The notes beneath the pieces are model-generated. The model worked only from the letters and a program-made list of their open reading frames with translations. It ran no database searches and was not told the DNA's origin. A stretch of 64,000 nt of DNA from Candidatus Latescibacterota bacterium. GTDB taxonomy: Bacteria; Latescibacterota; UBA2968. Of this stretch, positions 19,780-29,551 are shown piece after piece. How positions within the stretch are numbered: position 1 is the stretch's first letter; every line of letters starts with the position of its first letter. Both the position numbers and the translations under genes were made by a program. Where the stretch lies: positions 2,784,001 through 2,848,000 of the forward strand of contig OZ242010.1 of assembly GCA_965204745.1 (NCBI GenBank), read 5' to 3'.

Positions 19780-19890
19780 AAGGAGCGACTGTTCCAGTTT
19801 TTCAAACCGAGAGCATATTCTGCGATAGGGCTTGATTTTCTCGATAAACCGCTCAAGCCAGTTGCTTTGCTCGTAAATGTCATAATTGTA
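19780..19890 (-). pseudogene. IS5-family (IS427-like) transposase C-terminal remnant
   Basis: Translates to YNYDIYEQSNWLERFIEKIKPYRRICSRFEKL, resembling the YxxRxxIERF..K.K.YRRI..R.EK tail. A second, shorter remnant lies at 50961-51010. Confidence 0.7.
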
Positions 19891-19911
19891 CCCCGTTCCG
19901 CAGATCGTCCC

Positions 19912-21549
19912 ATGCTCGCCTATTTTTTTCTGCACTGGCGTGCGCTGGCACTTACCATGTGTCTTTTTGCCTGTGCGCGGCAGATGCCACCGCCGGGCGG
20001 GCCGCCCGATGAAATACCGCCCCGAGTGGTCGCCACAGTGCCCGCGGATGATTCCGTGCGCGTGGGATTGGACACCTCCATTCGCATTCGGTTTTCCGAG
20101 GCGATGGATCGCCCATCGGTCGAGCGCGCCGTGTTCGTGTCGCCGCAGGGTTCTGAGGAACCCGAGTTTCGCTGGCGTGGGCGCGAGTTGGAAATCCGAT
20201 TGTCCGATGGCTTGCAAGCGGACCGAACGTATCTGGTGACAGTGGGGCAGGAGAGCGCGGATGAATGGCGCAACCGCATGCACGCCTCGTTCAGCTTTGG
20301 ATTTGCCACCGGCGAGCACCTGAATCGCGGGGCAATCCACGGGCGGGTCTTGGCGGCTGACGATCAGAAGGGACAAATTTTTGTTTTCGGATACGACCTC
20401 GCGCTCGCATCAGCACCCGACCCGGGACGCGACCGCCCGGCTTATGTGACGCAACCGGATGAAGCCGGGCAATTCGTCTTGCCGCGCTTGGGGCCTGGCA
20501 CCTATCGGATCTTTGCTTATGGCGATCAAAACGCGGATCGCACGTATTCGCCCGGGGATTTTTTGGCCCTCCCGCCCGGGGATGTGGTGCTCGAAGATGA
20601 AGCGCGCGTTCGCTTGGGCGATCTCAAACTCGCGGTGCGCGACACGTCTGCCCCCGCGCTCCTCGCCATTCGCACCCCGGATCGACAGCACGTCTTGATG
20701 CGGTTCGACGAACCCGTGCGGATTTTCGCCGCGCACATGCCCCAACTCGCCATCTTGGACACGTATCGAGATACAGACTCAAGCGGCATAGGCTTGATAA
20801 CCGCGCCACAAACCCGGGGAAAGGAATACGATGTGCAGGTCGATCTCGCCGACCCATGGGGCAACCGCGACACCATTTACGCGACCGCAAAAGGCGATGC
20901 CACGCCCGACCGCCGCGCGCCCGAAGTGTTAGCCATCACGCCATCGCGCAATGCCGCGCATGTCTCGCCAAGTGCCCAGATTCGCATTGTGTTTTCCGAT
21001 GCCATGCGGTTGGATGCCGCGTCCCAAGTGTGGGTGGCGTCTGATTCCACAGTCGTTCCCGAGGGGCGGTTTGACTGGGACGCGCCCAACCAACTCGCGT
21101 TTGGTCCGGCGCGTCCTTGGGCGAGTGGGCAGACGGTTCGGCTCATCGGCAACCCGGATGGATTTTCCGATCTCGCGGGCAATGCGCTCGCGGACCCGAT
21201 TGTGTTCGTTTTTACGGTGATAGACACAGCGGCTTTGGGCCGCATTTCCGGAACCGCGTCATCCCCGGATGTGGTGATTTGGGTGCAGGGTTTGACGCAC
21301 GACTTTTTTGCACAACACGCTTTGCGCGATACTGCGTTTGAGGTGAGCGATTTGATTCCAGGCACGTACCGCATTTCCGGGTTTTTAGACCGAGACCGCG
21401 ATAGACGATGGATGGTCGGGCAAATCCACCCGTTTGTGCCGGCCGAGCCGCTGATAACGCATGCCGATACCGCAGAGGTGCGGCCACGCTGGGAGACCGA
21501 AGTCCGAAAACTAAAGCCGGAAATCCAGTGGCATGAGGGGCGTCCGTGA
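19912..21549 (+). CDS. Lipoprotein with bacterial Ig-like (Big_5) domains
   Basis: Lipobox LFAC, then PPPGGPPD..PP, IRFSEAMD, and a second IVFSDAM...DLAGNAL domain. Confidence 0.85.
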   Translation: MLAYFFLHWRALALTMCLFACARQMPPPGGPPDEIPPRVVATVPADDSVRVGLDTSIRIRFSEAMDRPSVERAVFVSPQGSEEPEFRWRGRELEIRLSDGLQADRTYLVTVGQESADEWRNRMHASFSFGFATGEHLNRGAIHGRVLAADDQKGQIFVFGYDLALASAPDPGRDRPAYVTQPDEAGQFVLPRLGPGTYRIFAYGDQNADRTYSPGDFLALPPGDVVLEDEARVRLGDLKLAVRDTSAPALLAIRTPDRQHVLMRFDEPVRIFAAHMPQLAILDTYRDTDSSGIGLITAPQTRGKEYDVQVDLADPWGNRDTIYATAKGDATPDRRAPEVLAITPSRNAAHVSPSAQIRIVFSDAMRLDAASQVWVASDSTVVPEGRFDWDAPNQLAFGPARPWASGQTVRLIGNPDGFSDLAGNALADPIVFVFTVIDTAALGRISGTASSPDVVIWVQGLTHDFFAQHALRDTAFEVSDLIPGTYRISGFLDRDRDRRWMVGQIHPFVPAEPLITHADTAEVRPRWETEVRKLKPEIQWHEGRP

Positions 21550-21923
21550 TGGCGACATTTTTGTATCGACTGGGCAGTGTTCTCGTCCTGTGCGCGGTGC
21601 TGTGCGCGATATTGATTCATCGTTTTACCGACCGCACCCCCGAAGACCGAGAGCGCGAACGCGCCCGCATTATGTTGCAACGCATCGCGGCCCTGCAACA
21701 CGCGTACCGGGCCGAACACGGGACGTATCTGCCGATTGATCGCGAAAACAACGCCCGCATTTTGCAACTCAATCGAGTGCCCGGGCGGTTTCGCTACCGG
21801 GTGGTCGTTTATCCAGATGGCTTCACCGCGTACGCCGAAGCGGGTTCTGACCGCGATGGCACAGCCGAAGTCTGGATGTTGGATGCCAAGGGCGTAGAAC
21901 CCGTGCTCAAAAATGGAGATTGA
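21549..21923 (+). CDS. Small pilin-like membrane protein
   Basis: N-terminal TM helix; ARIMLQRIAALQHAYRAEHGTY resembles the type IV pilin helix end; FTAYA. No class III prepilin cleavage site seen. Confidence 0.6.
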   Translation: MATFLYRLGSVLVLCAVLCAILIHRFTDRTPEDRERERARIMLQRIAALQHAYRAEHGTYLPIDRENNARILQLNRVPGRFRYRVVVYPDGFTAYAEAGSDRDGTAEVWMLDAKGVEPVLKNGD

Positions 21924-21924
21924 C

Positions 21925-24447
21925 ATGGTCAAAAAAATTTCCCTCCTCGGCCTTTTGCTCGCCCTGTCGATAGCCGCAGACGCTTATGTGCGTCAAACCC
22001 ATCGCAATGAGCGGGGCAACATTATCTACATTCGCTGGGCCGAGCCGAGGGCCGAGGCCGGGATTCCCTTTGCGGTCGATGCGGGCAGTTTCCCCTTTCC
22101 CAAAGCCGCCGTGGTGCGGATTGCACAAAAAGGGTTTAACGACTGGGCCGCCGTGCCATCGGCATTTATCACCTTTAAGGACGAAACGGAAATTCCCGCG
22201 TCGCCTCCCAACCCGCGCAATGAGATTGTGTACGACGAGACCGGCAACATCATCAACGCGCCCGAGGGCACCGGCGTCATCGCCATAGCGCGCCTTAGCT
22301 GGAACCCCGCCGGGTTGATCGTGGAGGCGGATATTATTTTTAATGGCCGGGATTTTACGTTTTCAATAGACGACAACACCACGCCTGAAAACCGAATCGA
22401 TCTCCAAGGCGTGATGACGCACGAGATCGGGCATCTCTTGGGCTTGGATCACTCGCCGTTGGTCGGCACCCCAAGCACGCGCCCGACCATGTATCCGTAC
22501 AACACGCCCGAAGCACCGCGCCAAGAGCGTTCACTCGAACCCGATGACCACGCGGGGATAACCGCGATCTATCCCGTGGAGGGCCTAACCGGCGGCATAA
22601 GTGGGCAGATCATCGGTCCGAATGGCCCGGCCTTTGGCGTGCATGTGGTGGCGTATCGGGCAGACACACAGACCTTCGTCGCCAGTGCGCTGTCGGGTTC
22701 CGCGGGCACGGGCGAAGATGGACGATACGAAATTCTCGGCCTGCCCCCGGGGGATTATCACATTGCGATTGAACCCCACAACTGGCGGATTTCGCCGGAG
22801 AATTTCGGCGGCATTTTTTCTCAACCATTCGATGGGGATTTTGAAAAAGAGTTCTACGACAATGTGTTTCAGCAGAAAAATGCCCAAATCGTGCGCGTTG
22901 AAATTGATCGGGTTATATCCAATAAAAACTTTGCCCTCGGCCCTTCTGCGCCCGGCGCGCCCTTTATCAAAAAACCCAATTTTCCATTCCACACGCCCGA
23001 CCCCAATGGCCCCTATCGCTTTTCGGCAACCGTGACCGACAACAAGGGCATCGCGGCGGTTGAACTGCACTATCGCATCAACGGGGGGCCGATACGGGTG
23101 GAGCCAATGACCAGTGCGCCCGGCGATTCGGTTTTTGTAGGTGAAATTAGCGGCCAGCGCGCAGGCTCAATCATCCACTATCGCCTGATCGCACGCGATA
23201 GCGATGGCAATGAAACGCCGATGCCCGCGCTGGAACTGTCCATGCTTCAATTCGAGGTGCTCGTCCTCTCCGGCTCGCCCGTGGCCTTTGTCGCATTGCG
23301 GGATGCAAACGCGCTGGCCGTGATCGACATGGGGCCGGGCAAAGAAGTGGCGCGTATCCCCACCGGCATCTCGCCCTTGAGCGTGTTGATGACGCCGGAT
23401 GAACGCTATATTTTTGTCGCCAATAGCGGATCGGAAAGAGGTGCATCTGACAATCGGATCACCGTGATCGAGACCGCCACGCATCGGGTCGCCGCGACCA
23501 TTGAAGTCGCCACCAACCCCTTGGATCTCGCTTTGAGCGCGGACGGGGAGTTGCTCTATGTCACCCATGCAGAGGAGAAGACGGTTTCGATCATCGAGGT
23601 CGCAACCTTGACCGCGCGGCCTTCTCGCATTCGCGTGCCGCCCGCAGTAGTGCGCGGGCCTTATGGCGTGGCGATCAGCCCAGATGGGGCGCGGCTTTAC
23701 GTGACGGATATCGGCAACAATCAGGTCTTGGTCATAGATACCGCACGCAGGACAACGATTGGGCGCGTCAATGTGATTTCCGAACCCCGATCACTGGTTA
23801 TGTCCGCCGATGGCAGGCGGCTGTACGTATCCGGCGGCGGCTTTAGGACTACGAATGGCGGTATTTCGATAGTCGCGACCGATACAGCGCGTGTGCCCTA
23901 CACAGATGCGTCTCGTTTGGTCGAGACGATTTCCACGGGCGAGTCCGGGATATTTCGCCTTGCCCTATCGCCCGATGGCACTCGGCTATACGCAACGGAC
24001 CGCGTGAACGCGCAGTTGCTCGTCATCGATGTGAACGAAAATCGCATCGTCAAGCGTAGGGATGTTTTGCCGGGCGGTGAAGAATCGCGCGATTTGTTCG
24101 TATCCCCCGATGGGTCGCGGGTGTACGTGACCAACCAAGATTCGGATGAACTGGTCGTTTTTGACGCCGAGTCGCTCAATATTCTGAGAACCCTGCGCTT
24201 AAGCGATAGACCTCGCGGCGTGGCCGTGCGCGCCCAACCGGCCGTGTTTCGGCCCAGGCGAGATGTGTCCGCTCGGGCGGATTTCAATAACGATGGTCAG
24301 GTCGGTTTTCCCGATTTTCTCCTGTTCGTCGCTGCATTTGGCACCGAAAACCCCGATCCGCGCTTTGATTTAGACGACGACGGCAAAGTCGGTTTCAGCG
24401 ATTTTTTGGTATTCGCCGGTGTATTCGGCAAAACGGTTGGCGCGTGA
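21925..24447 (+). CDS. Secreted matrixin-like (M10) metallopeptidase with YVTN beta-propeller and EF-hand/dockerin-like C-terminus
   Basis: Signal peptide; HEIGHLLGLDH with Met-turn TMYP; (S/T)PDG..LYV repeats; DFNNDGQVGFPDF and DLDDDGKVGFSDF. Confidence 0.88.
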   Translation: MVKKISLLGLLLALSIAADAYVRQTHRNERGNIIYIRWAEPRAEAGIPFAVDAGSFPFPKAAVVRIAQKGFNDWAAVPSAFITFKDETEIPASPPNPRNEIVYDETGNIINAPEGTGVIAIARLSWNPAGLIVEADIIFNGRDFTFSIDDNTTPENRIDLQGVMTHEIGHLLGLDHSPLVGTPSTRPTMYPYNTPEAPRQERSLEPDDHAGITAIYPVEGLTGGISGQIIGPNGPAFGVHVVAYRADTQTFVASALSGSAGTGEDGRYEILGLPPGDYHIAIEPHNWRISPENFGGIFSQPFDGDFEKEFYDNVFQQKNAQIVRVEIDRVISNKNFALGPSAPGAPFIKKPNFPFHTPDPNGPYRFSATVTDNKGIAAVELHYRINGGPIRVEPMTSAPGDSVFVGEISGQRAGSIIHYRLIARDSDGNETPMPALELSMLQFEVLVLSGSPVAFVALRDANALAVIDMGPGKEVARIPTGISPLSVLMTPDERYIFVANSGSERGASDNRITVIETATHRVAATIEVATNPLDLALSADGELLYVTHAEEKTVSIIEVATLTARPSRIRVPPAVVRGPYGVAISPDGARLYVTDIGNNQVLVIDTARRTTIGRVNVISEPRSLVMSADGRRLYVSGGGFRTTNGGISIVATDTARVPYTDASRLVETISTGESGIFRLALSPDGTRLYATDRVNAQLLVIDVNENRIVKRRDVLPGGEESRDLFVSPDGSRVYVTNQDSDELVVFDAESLNILRTLRLSDRPRGVAVRAQPAVFRPRRDVSARADFNNDGQVGFPDFLLFVAAFGTENPDPRFDLDDDGKVGFSDFLVFAGVFGKTVGA

Positions 24448-24468
24448 TACCCGATCAGGAGGTAATCA

Positions 24469-25140
24469 ATGGCTGATGTAACGGTTCGAGAAAACGAAAG
24501 ATCGCACGTTCATGCCATTGCGCGGTCGTACAAAGAACGAGGCTATGAGGTGTTGGCAGAGCCTCAAGGCCATCAACTGCCCGAGTTCTTAAGGCCATTT
24601 CAGCCGGATTTGATCGCGCACAAAGGCCAGAACCACATTGTTGTCGCCGTAAAATCGCGCGGGCAATTTCCCAAATCCTCTCGCGTCAATGAATTGGCAC
24701 AGGTCGTCCGCAAAAAGGCCGATTGGAAATTTGAGCTCGTCTTGTTGGGGCCGGAAAATTCATTGTCCGTAGGGCGGGCTTTGCCGCTCACGATTGAAGA
24801 AATTCGCTCAAAAATGGCGGACGTGGCTTCATTTGTTGAGCATGGACATTTAGAAGCCGCATTTCTGATTGCATGGTCTTTGGCAGAAGCGATTTTGAGA
24901 ATGCTCGCTGTGAACGAGGGGATAGATGCCGAAAAAGCAATCCCCGCTTATCTGCTCAAACACCTGACTTATGAAGGAATCATTTCACGCGACACGTATC
25001 GCCAACTCGCGCAATTACAACAAACGCGAGACGCGCTTATCCACGGTTTCAAGCCCTTGCAGCTCAACGCAGAAACCGTGCGTGAATTGATCGATTTGAT
25101 CGGTAACGGGCTGTTGCCCGAGTTGGACAACGCGGAGTGA
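24469..25140 (+). CDS. REase (AHJR-like PD-(D/E)XK) + HEPN-like domain protein
   Basis: YKERGYEV...FQPDLIA...VVAVKS; C-terminal AAFLIAWSLAE...RDALIHG (Rx4H). RBS AGGAGG. Confidence 0.7.
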   Translation: MADVTVRENERSHVHAIARSYKERGYEVLAEPQGHQLPEFLRPFQPDLIAHKGQNHIVVAVKSRGQFPKSSRVNELAQVVRKKADWKFELVLLGPENSLSVGRALPLTIEEIRSKMADVASFVEHGHLEAAFLIAWSLAEAILRMLAVNEGIDAEKAIPAYLLKHLTYEGIISRDTYRQLAQLQQTRDALIHGFKPLQLNAETVRELIDLIGNGLLPELDNAE

Positions 25141-25204
25141 CGGCATTTCTCAACCGGTTGCGCGATAGCGAAGCGAGGGGCAAACCGCGTCCATGAGGTA
25201 TCCG

Positions 25205-26062
25205 ATGGCACTTAGGGAACTTGTCGCATACAGCCGGATGATTAAGTTCGGCCACAGCATTTTTGCCTTGCCATTTGCATTTTCAGGCGCGGCATTGGCG
25301 GCTGTTGAATATGGGATTTCGCTCGGGCAAGTGTTTTGGATTGCGGTGGCGATGGTGGGGGCGAGAAGCGCGGCAATGGGATTTAATCGGCTCGTGGATA
25401 GAAAGATGGATGCGGCCAACCCGCGCACGGCCCAACGCGAATTGCCACGAGGGGTCATCTCCGCGGGCGCCGTGAAAGTGTTTGTGGTCGTCTTCTCTGC
25501 GGTGTTCGTTTTCGCCGCGTCCAAGTTAAATCCACTCTGCACAATGCTGTCGCCCGTGGCACTCGGCATTGTGTTTTTTTATTCGTACACCAAGCGATTC
25601 ACCTGGGCGACGCAACTCTTTCTCGGCTTGGCATTGGCCCTCGCGCCGGTGGGGGCGTGGATTGCGGTCGCGGGATATCTGGATCTGAAAATTTTGCTCT
25701 TGGGGGGCGCGGTGGCGATGTGGGTCGCGGGCTTTGACGCGATTTACGCCTGCCAAGATGCCGAGTTTGACCGACGCTTTGGCGCGTATTCGATTCCGCA
25801 AAAATACGGCGTCGCGTCCGCATTGCGGATTGCGCGGGTCTTTCACCTGCTCGCCTTTGGCCTGATGATGGGCGTGGGGTGGGCATTCGCGCTGGGCGCG
25901 ATCTACGCGGTCGGGGTCATGGCCGTGGGCGGGTTGCTGATTTACGAACACTACTTGGTGCGGCACGAGGAGTTGTCAAAAGCGGGCATGGCGTCGTTGA
26001 CGATGAACGGCGTGGTCAGCGTGGTGTATTTTGCGGGCACGATGGCGGATTTGTTGATTTAA
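25205..26062 (+). CDS. ubiA: UbiA-family polyprenyltransferase (MqnP-like)
   Basis: HSIFALPFA, FNRLVDRKMDAANPRTAQRELP, YSYTKRF, GFDAIYACQD. Confidence 0.9.
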   Translation: MALRELVAYSRMIKFGHSIFALPFAFSGAALAAVEYGISLGQVFWIAVAMVGARSAAMGFNRLVDRKMDAANPRTAQRELPRGVISAGAVKVFVVVFSAVFVFAASKLNPLCTMLSPVALGIVFFYSYTKRFTWATQLFLGLALALAPVGAWIAVAGYLDLKILLLGGAVAMWVAGFDAIYACQDAEFDRRFGAYSIPQKYGVASALRIARVFHLLAFGLMMGVGWAFALGAIYAVGVMAVGGLLIYEHYLVRHEELSKAGMASLTMNGVVSVVYFAGTMADLLI

Positions 26063-26086
26063 TCCCCGAGATAGAGGGGGCTTGCG

Positions 26087-26686
26087 ATGAAACGAATGAC
26101 CGTTGCGATTACAGGGGCGAGTGGGGCGATTTACGCGCTGCGAACTGTGCGCGCCTTGCTGATGTGCGAGGCCCGCGTGGATGTGGTCATCTCCGAATTT
26201 GGTTGGATGCTGTTGCGCGACGAAGGGGGCTTTGCCGGCAAACAGCGCGATTTTGCCGGGTTCATCCGCGCCCTGTACGGGGTTCCAACAGACCATCTCG
26301 CCCTGCATCCATTGAAAGACCTCGCGGCCACGCTGGCGAGCGGATCCGCACCCTCGGATGGCATGGTGGTCGTACCGTGTTCGATGAAAACACTGGCCGG
26401 CATCGCCCACGGCTTGTCGCGCAATTTGATCGAGCGCGCCGCAGACGTGGCCCTAAAAGAACGCCGCCCACTCGTCATCGTGCCGCGCGAAACCCCCATG
26501 AATTTGATTCAACTCCGCAATTTGGTAACGGCGACCGAAGCCGGTGCCATCATCGTCCCCGCAATGCCCGCGTTTTATCAAAAACCCAAAACATTCGACG
26601 ATCTGGCCGATTTCATCGTCGGGCGCATCTTGAGCTCGCTGGGCCTCGACCACAACTTGTATCCCGCGTGGGAAGGCAGGGCGTAA
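26087..26686 (+). CDS. ubiX: Flavin prenyltransferase
   Basis: ITGASGAIY, ASGS, PCSMKTL, RAADVALKERR, RETP, PAMPAFY. Confidence 0.95.
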   Translation: MKRMTVAITGASGAIYALRTVRALLMCEARVDVVISEFGWMLLRDEGGFAGKQRDFAGFIRALYGVPTDHLALHPLKDLAATLASGSAPSDGMVVVPCSMKTLAGIAHGLSRNLIERAADVALKERRPLVIVPRETPMNLIQLRNLVTATEAGAIIVPAMPAFYQKPKTFDDLADFIVGRILSSLGLDHNLYPAWEGRA

Positions 26687-26835
26687 CCACAGATGAACGC
26701 GGATAGGCGATGGCCCGAGGCCATAATGAAAATCAGATGTTTGTTTTACGCATCCCAAGGTGGCGGCAAAATTGCAAGCGAACCCGCCGGATGTGTTGAT
26801 CGTTGCGTACCCGAGATATGAACAGGAGGGATGAG

Positions 26836-27876
26836 ATGAAAACGTATCACGCGGTGATTGTGGGATTGACCGGCATTGGGGCCAGTCGGCCCCGTGAACC
26901 CGAGGGGCCGGTGTTTGGCGCGATGCCGGCATCGCACGCAGCAGCGTATCGCGAGCACCCACAGACGGAAGTGGTGGGCGTGTGCGATTTGCGCGCCGAG
27001 GCGTTGGAGGCGTTTTGCAAGCAGTGGCGCGACGTGTGGCCGCAGGTGAATGCGTACACGGATTACCGGGAAATGTTGGACAAAGAGCAACCGGATTTGG
27101 TCAGCGTGGTGACGTCTGACCACGCGCACGCCGATATAACGGTGGCCGCCGCCGAGGGGAGCGCGCAGGCGATTTTGTGCGAAAAGCCCATTGCCACGAC
27201 CTTGCAGGACGCGGACCGCATGATCGAAGCCGCAGACGCAAACAACACCTTGTTGTCTATCGAACACACGCGCCGCTGGTACCCGAGTTATCTGCAAGCG
27301 CGGGAGATGATTCGCGCTGGCGAGTTGGGCGCGTTGCGAACTGTTGTTTGCGAGCAATTTGGCCCGCGTGCGATGATGTTCCGCAATGGCACGCACATGA
27401 TCGACATGATGTGCTTTTTCGCAGAGGCGCGGCCCGCGTGGGTGGTGGGCGATTTGGAGCCCGGGTTCGTGCATTTCACTGAGTACATGGGCGATGGCGG
27501 GCACGACCCGGCAACCGATCCGTTTGCGTCTGCGTATATCCATTTTGACAATGGGGTGCGCGCATTTTACAACTGCCGCAAAATGGCGTTTAATGGGTCG
27601 CGATTTTCCCTGACGTGCGAAAATGGGCGGATCGAGATTTCGGATCAAAAATTTGAAGTGATTACACAGCGGGAAGCGCGCTGGTGGTCTTCTGCCGAGG
27701 TGCCCACGGATCCGTATATGGCGATCCGACAAAGCGGCGCGGTTACAGAACTGATCCACATTTTGGAACATGGCGGCGCGCTCGTGTCCCCCGGGCGCGA
27801 GGCGAGAAAGACCCTGCAAATTATGCTGGGCATCTTGGACTCGCACCACGCAGGCAATGTGCGCGTCGATCTGTAG
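26836..27876 (+). CDS. Gfo/Idh/MocA family oxidoreductase
   Basis: ILCEKP, GTHMID. RBS AGGAGG. Confidence 0.92.
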   Translation: MKTYHAVIVGLTGIGASRPREPEGPVFGAMPASHAAAYREHPQTEVVGVCDLRAEALEAFCKQWRDVWPQVNAYTDYREMLDKEQPDLVSVVTSDHAHADITVAAAEGSAQAILCEKPIATTLQDADRMIEAADANNTLLSIEHTRRWYPSYLQAREMIRAGELGALRTVVCEQFGPRAMMFRNGTHMIDMMCFFAEARPAWVVGDLEPGFVHFTEYMGDGGHDPATDPFASAYIHFDNGVRAFYNCRKMAFNGSRFSLTCENGRIEISDQKFEVITQREARWWSSAEVPTDPYMAIRQSGAVTELIHILEHGGALVSPGREARKTLQIMLGILDSHHAGNVRVDL

Positions 27877-27926
27877 ATGGTCTAACCGTTTGTTTTGCTG
27901 ACCGCTGATTTTATGGTTGGGTGCAA

Positions 27927-27951
27927 GGACAAGCACAGGGCCTGTCCCTAC
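27927..27951 (-). repeat. GTAG-type REP-like palindrome
   Basis: Reverse complement is GTAGGGACAGGCCCTGTGCTTGTCC. Confidence 0.6.
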
Positions 27952-28046
27952 GATTGATGGAGCTGTGGGCCGAGGTTGCTGATGGGCATGTCGCGGTCAG
28001 AGAGGGCTTATCCCTTGGCCACTTGAACGGGATAGCATAGCTGCCT

Positions 28047-28088
28047 TCTCACCTCTCCCGTCTCACCTCTCCCGTCTTCCGTCTTACG
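28047..28088. repeat. Degenerate heptamer array
   Basis: TCTCACC TCTCCCG TCTCACC TCTCCCG TCTTCCG TCTTACG, overlapping the amidohydrolase stop. Confidence 0.8.
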
Positions 28089-29337
28089 ACCGCCACAACC
28101 TCGGCACCGCAACCGGTTTTTCCGTGACCGGCCAGTATGCCGGGGGCGCGTCTTTCCAGTGGGGCACAGTGCGCGCATCTCGGTCGAAGATGATCTCGCC
28201 CTTGCGGATCGTCAGCCGGCAGACCAAACGCTCGTCCGCGTCCAGGCGCGCATAGCCGCAATCCTCAAACGCGCACTTGCCCATTTCCAGGGACAGCGCG
28301 GCGACATCGGCCTCTGCGCCGATAGATAGGGTGCCCAAGTCCACGCGGTTAATCGCCTGCGCGGGCGTCGCGGTCGATCTGTAAATCACCTCTTCGAGCG
28401 GCATGCCCATCGCCAAGCATTTCGACATCGTATCTTGCATGCTGAACACCGGGCCTGCGATATTGCCCATGTGCAGGTCCGTGCTGATGGAATCCGGCGC
28501 GAACCCATTGGCGATGGCCCGCGCGCCGTTGCGAAACCAAAAACTCCCGGCGCCGTGCCCGAGGTCAAACCAGATGCCGCGTTCTCTGGCCTTAAACATG
28601 TGCGGCTCGACTTGCCCGTCGCCATCCACCACCGGAAATTGCCGCGCGTACACATGGGTGTGAATATCGCCCGGGCGGAGTTTTTTTAGAATGAGCGTGG
28701 GGTACGGGCGTTCGGGTGGGCGCGGCCAAAAATCAACCATGACGGGCATGTTGCATGCGTCTCCTGCTTCAACGGCTTTTTCCACGGATTCCCACGCCGG
28801 GTGCATCGCGTCAAACGGCGCGCTCGTCCAATAATGCGCGGTCTTGATGCCCACCACCACGTCCTCGTGGTCGCGTGCCGCCCGCGCCGCACTTGCCACG
28901 TCAAAGGTTCGGATATCCTGCTCTGGCGCGCCCATCCCCGGCGCGGCGATATTGATGTATGCCAACACCCGGGTTTTTGCCCGCGCCATCACGGTTTGGC
29001 GAAAATGGTCAATTTCCTCGCAGCCGGCCGTGCCCGTATCCACGCACGTCGTCACGCCAGACAATGGAAAATGGGCGTCCGGATTCAGGCTCGCATCAAA
29101 AAGCCCCTCGCCGAGTGCGCGGGTAAAATAAGCGTGGACGTGGATATCAATCAACCCGGGCGTCACGATCAACCCGGACACATCCACGACGTGGGCGGCG
29201 TTTTCCACGGGGATATTCGCTTCCACCGCTGCAATTTTCCCATCCGCAATGCCCACCTCGCGCAATCCATCCACCCCATTGACCGGATCGATCACCCGCC
29301 CGCCTTTCAGCAACAAGTCAAACTGTGCATCAGCCAT
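28084..29337 (-). CDS. Amidohydrolase/deacetylase-family metallohydrolase (dihydroorotase-like)
   Basis: PGLIDIHVH, GDIHTH, FDLGHG, ISTDLH, GAEADVA. Confidence 0.92.
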   Translation of the reverse strand: MADAQFDLLLKGGRVIDPVNGVDGLREVGIADGKIAAVEANIPVENAAHVVDVSGLIVTPGLIDIHVHAYFTRALGEGLFDASLNPDAHFPLSGVTTCVDTGTAGCEEIDHFRQTVMARAKTRVLAYINIAAPGMGAPEQDIRTFDVASAARAARDHEDVVVGIKTAHYWTSAPFDAMHPAWESVEKAVEAGDACNMPVMVDFWPRPPERPYPTLILKKLRPGDIHTHVYARQFPVVDGDGQVEPHMFKARERGIWFDLGHGAGSFWFRNGARAIANGFAPDSISTDLHMGNIAGPVFSMQDTMSKCLAMGMPLEEVIYRSTATPAQAINRVDLGTLSIGAEADVAALSLEMGKCAFEDCGYARLDADERLVCRLTIRKGEIIFDRDARTVPHWKDAPPAYWPVTEKPVAVPRLWRS

Positions 29338-29551
29338 CGTTCACCTCCAAGTTCAAATAATCCGTGCGATCCCCGCCGCCCTGTGCCCCCAACCCGTGCG
29401 ATCCCTACCGCCTCTCAACCCCGCCGGGTGCGTGAGTGCGGTAGAAACAGGCCATTCCACCGCCATTTCCGTCGCACCTTGGGGTAGCGATGGAGGGGTC
29501 ACAGCGGGACGCTTGCATAGCATAGCATCACACTCGTAGATTAACCAACCT

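Noticed and set aside
19591-19911. N-terminal extensions of ORF-track calls (Ig-like protein, dxs, xerC, comEC, truA, type IIG)
   Set aside because: They run through repeats, promoters or neighbouring genes; downstream starts with RBS and/or family-typical N-termini fit better.
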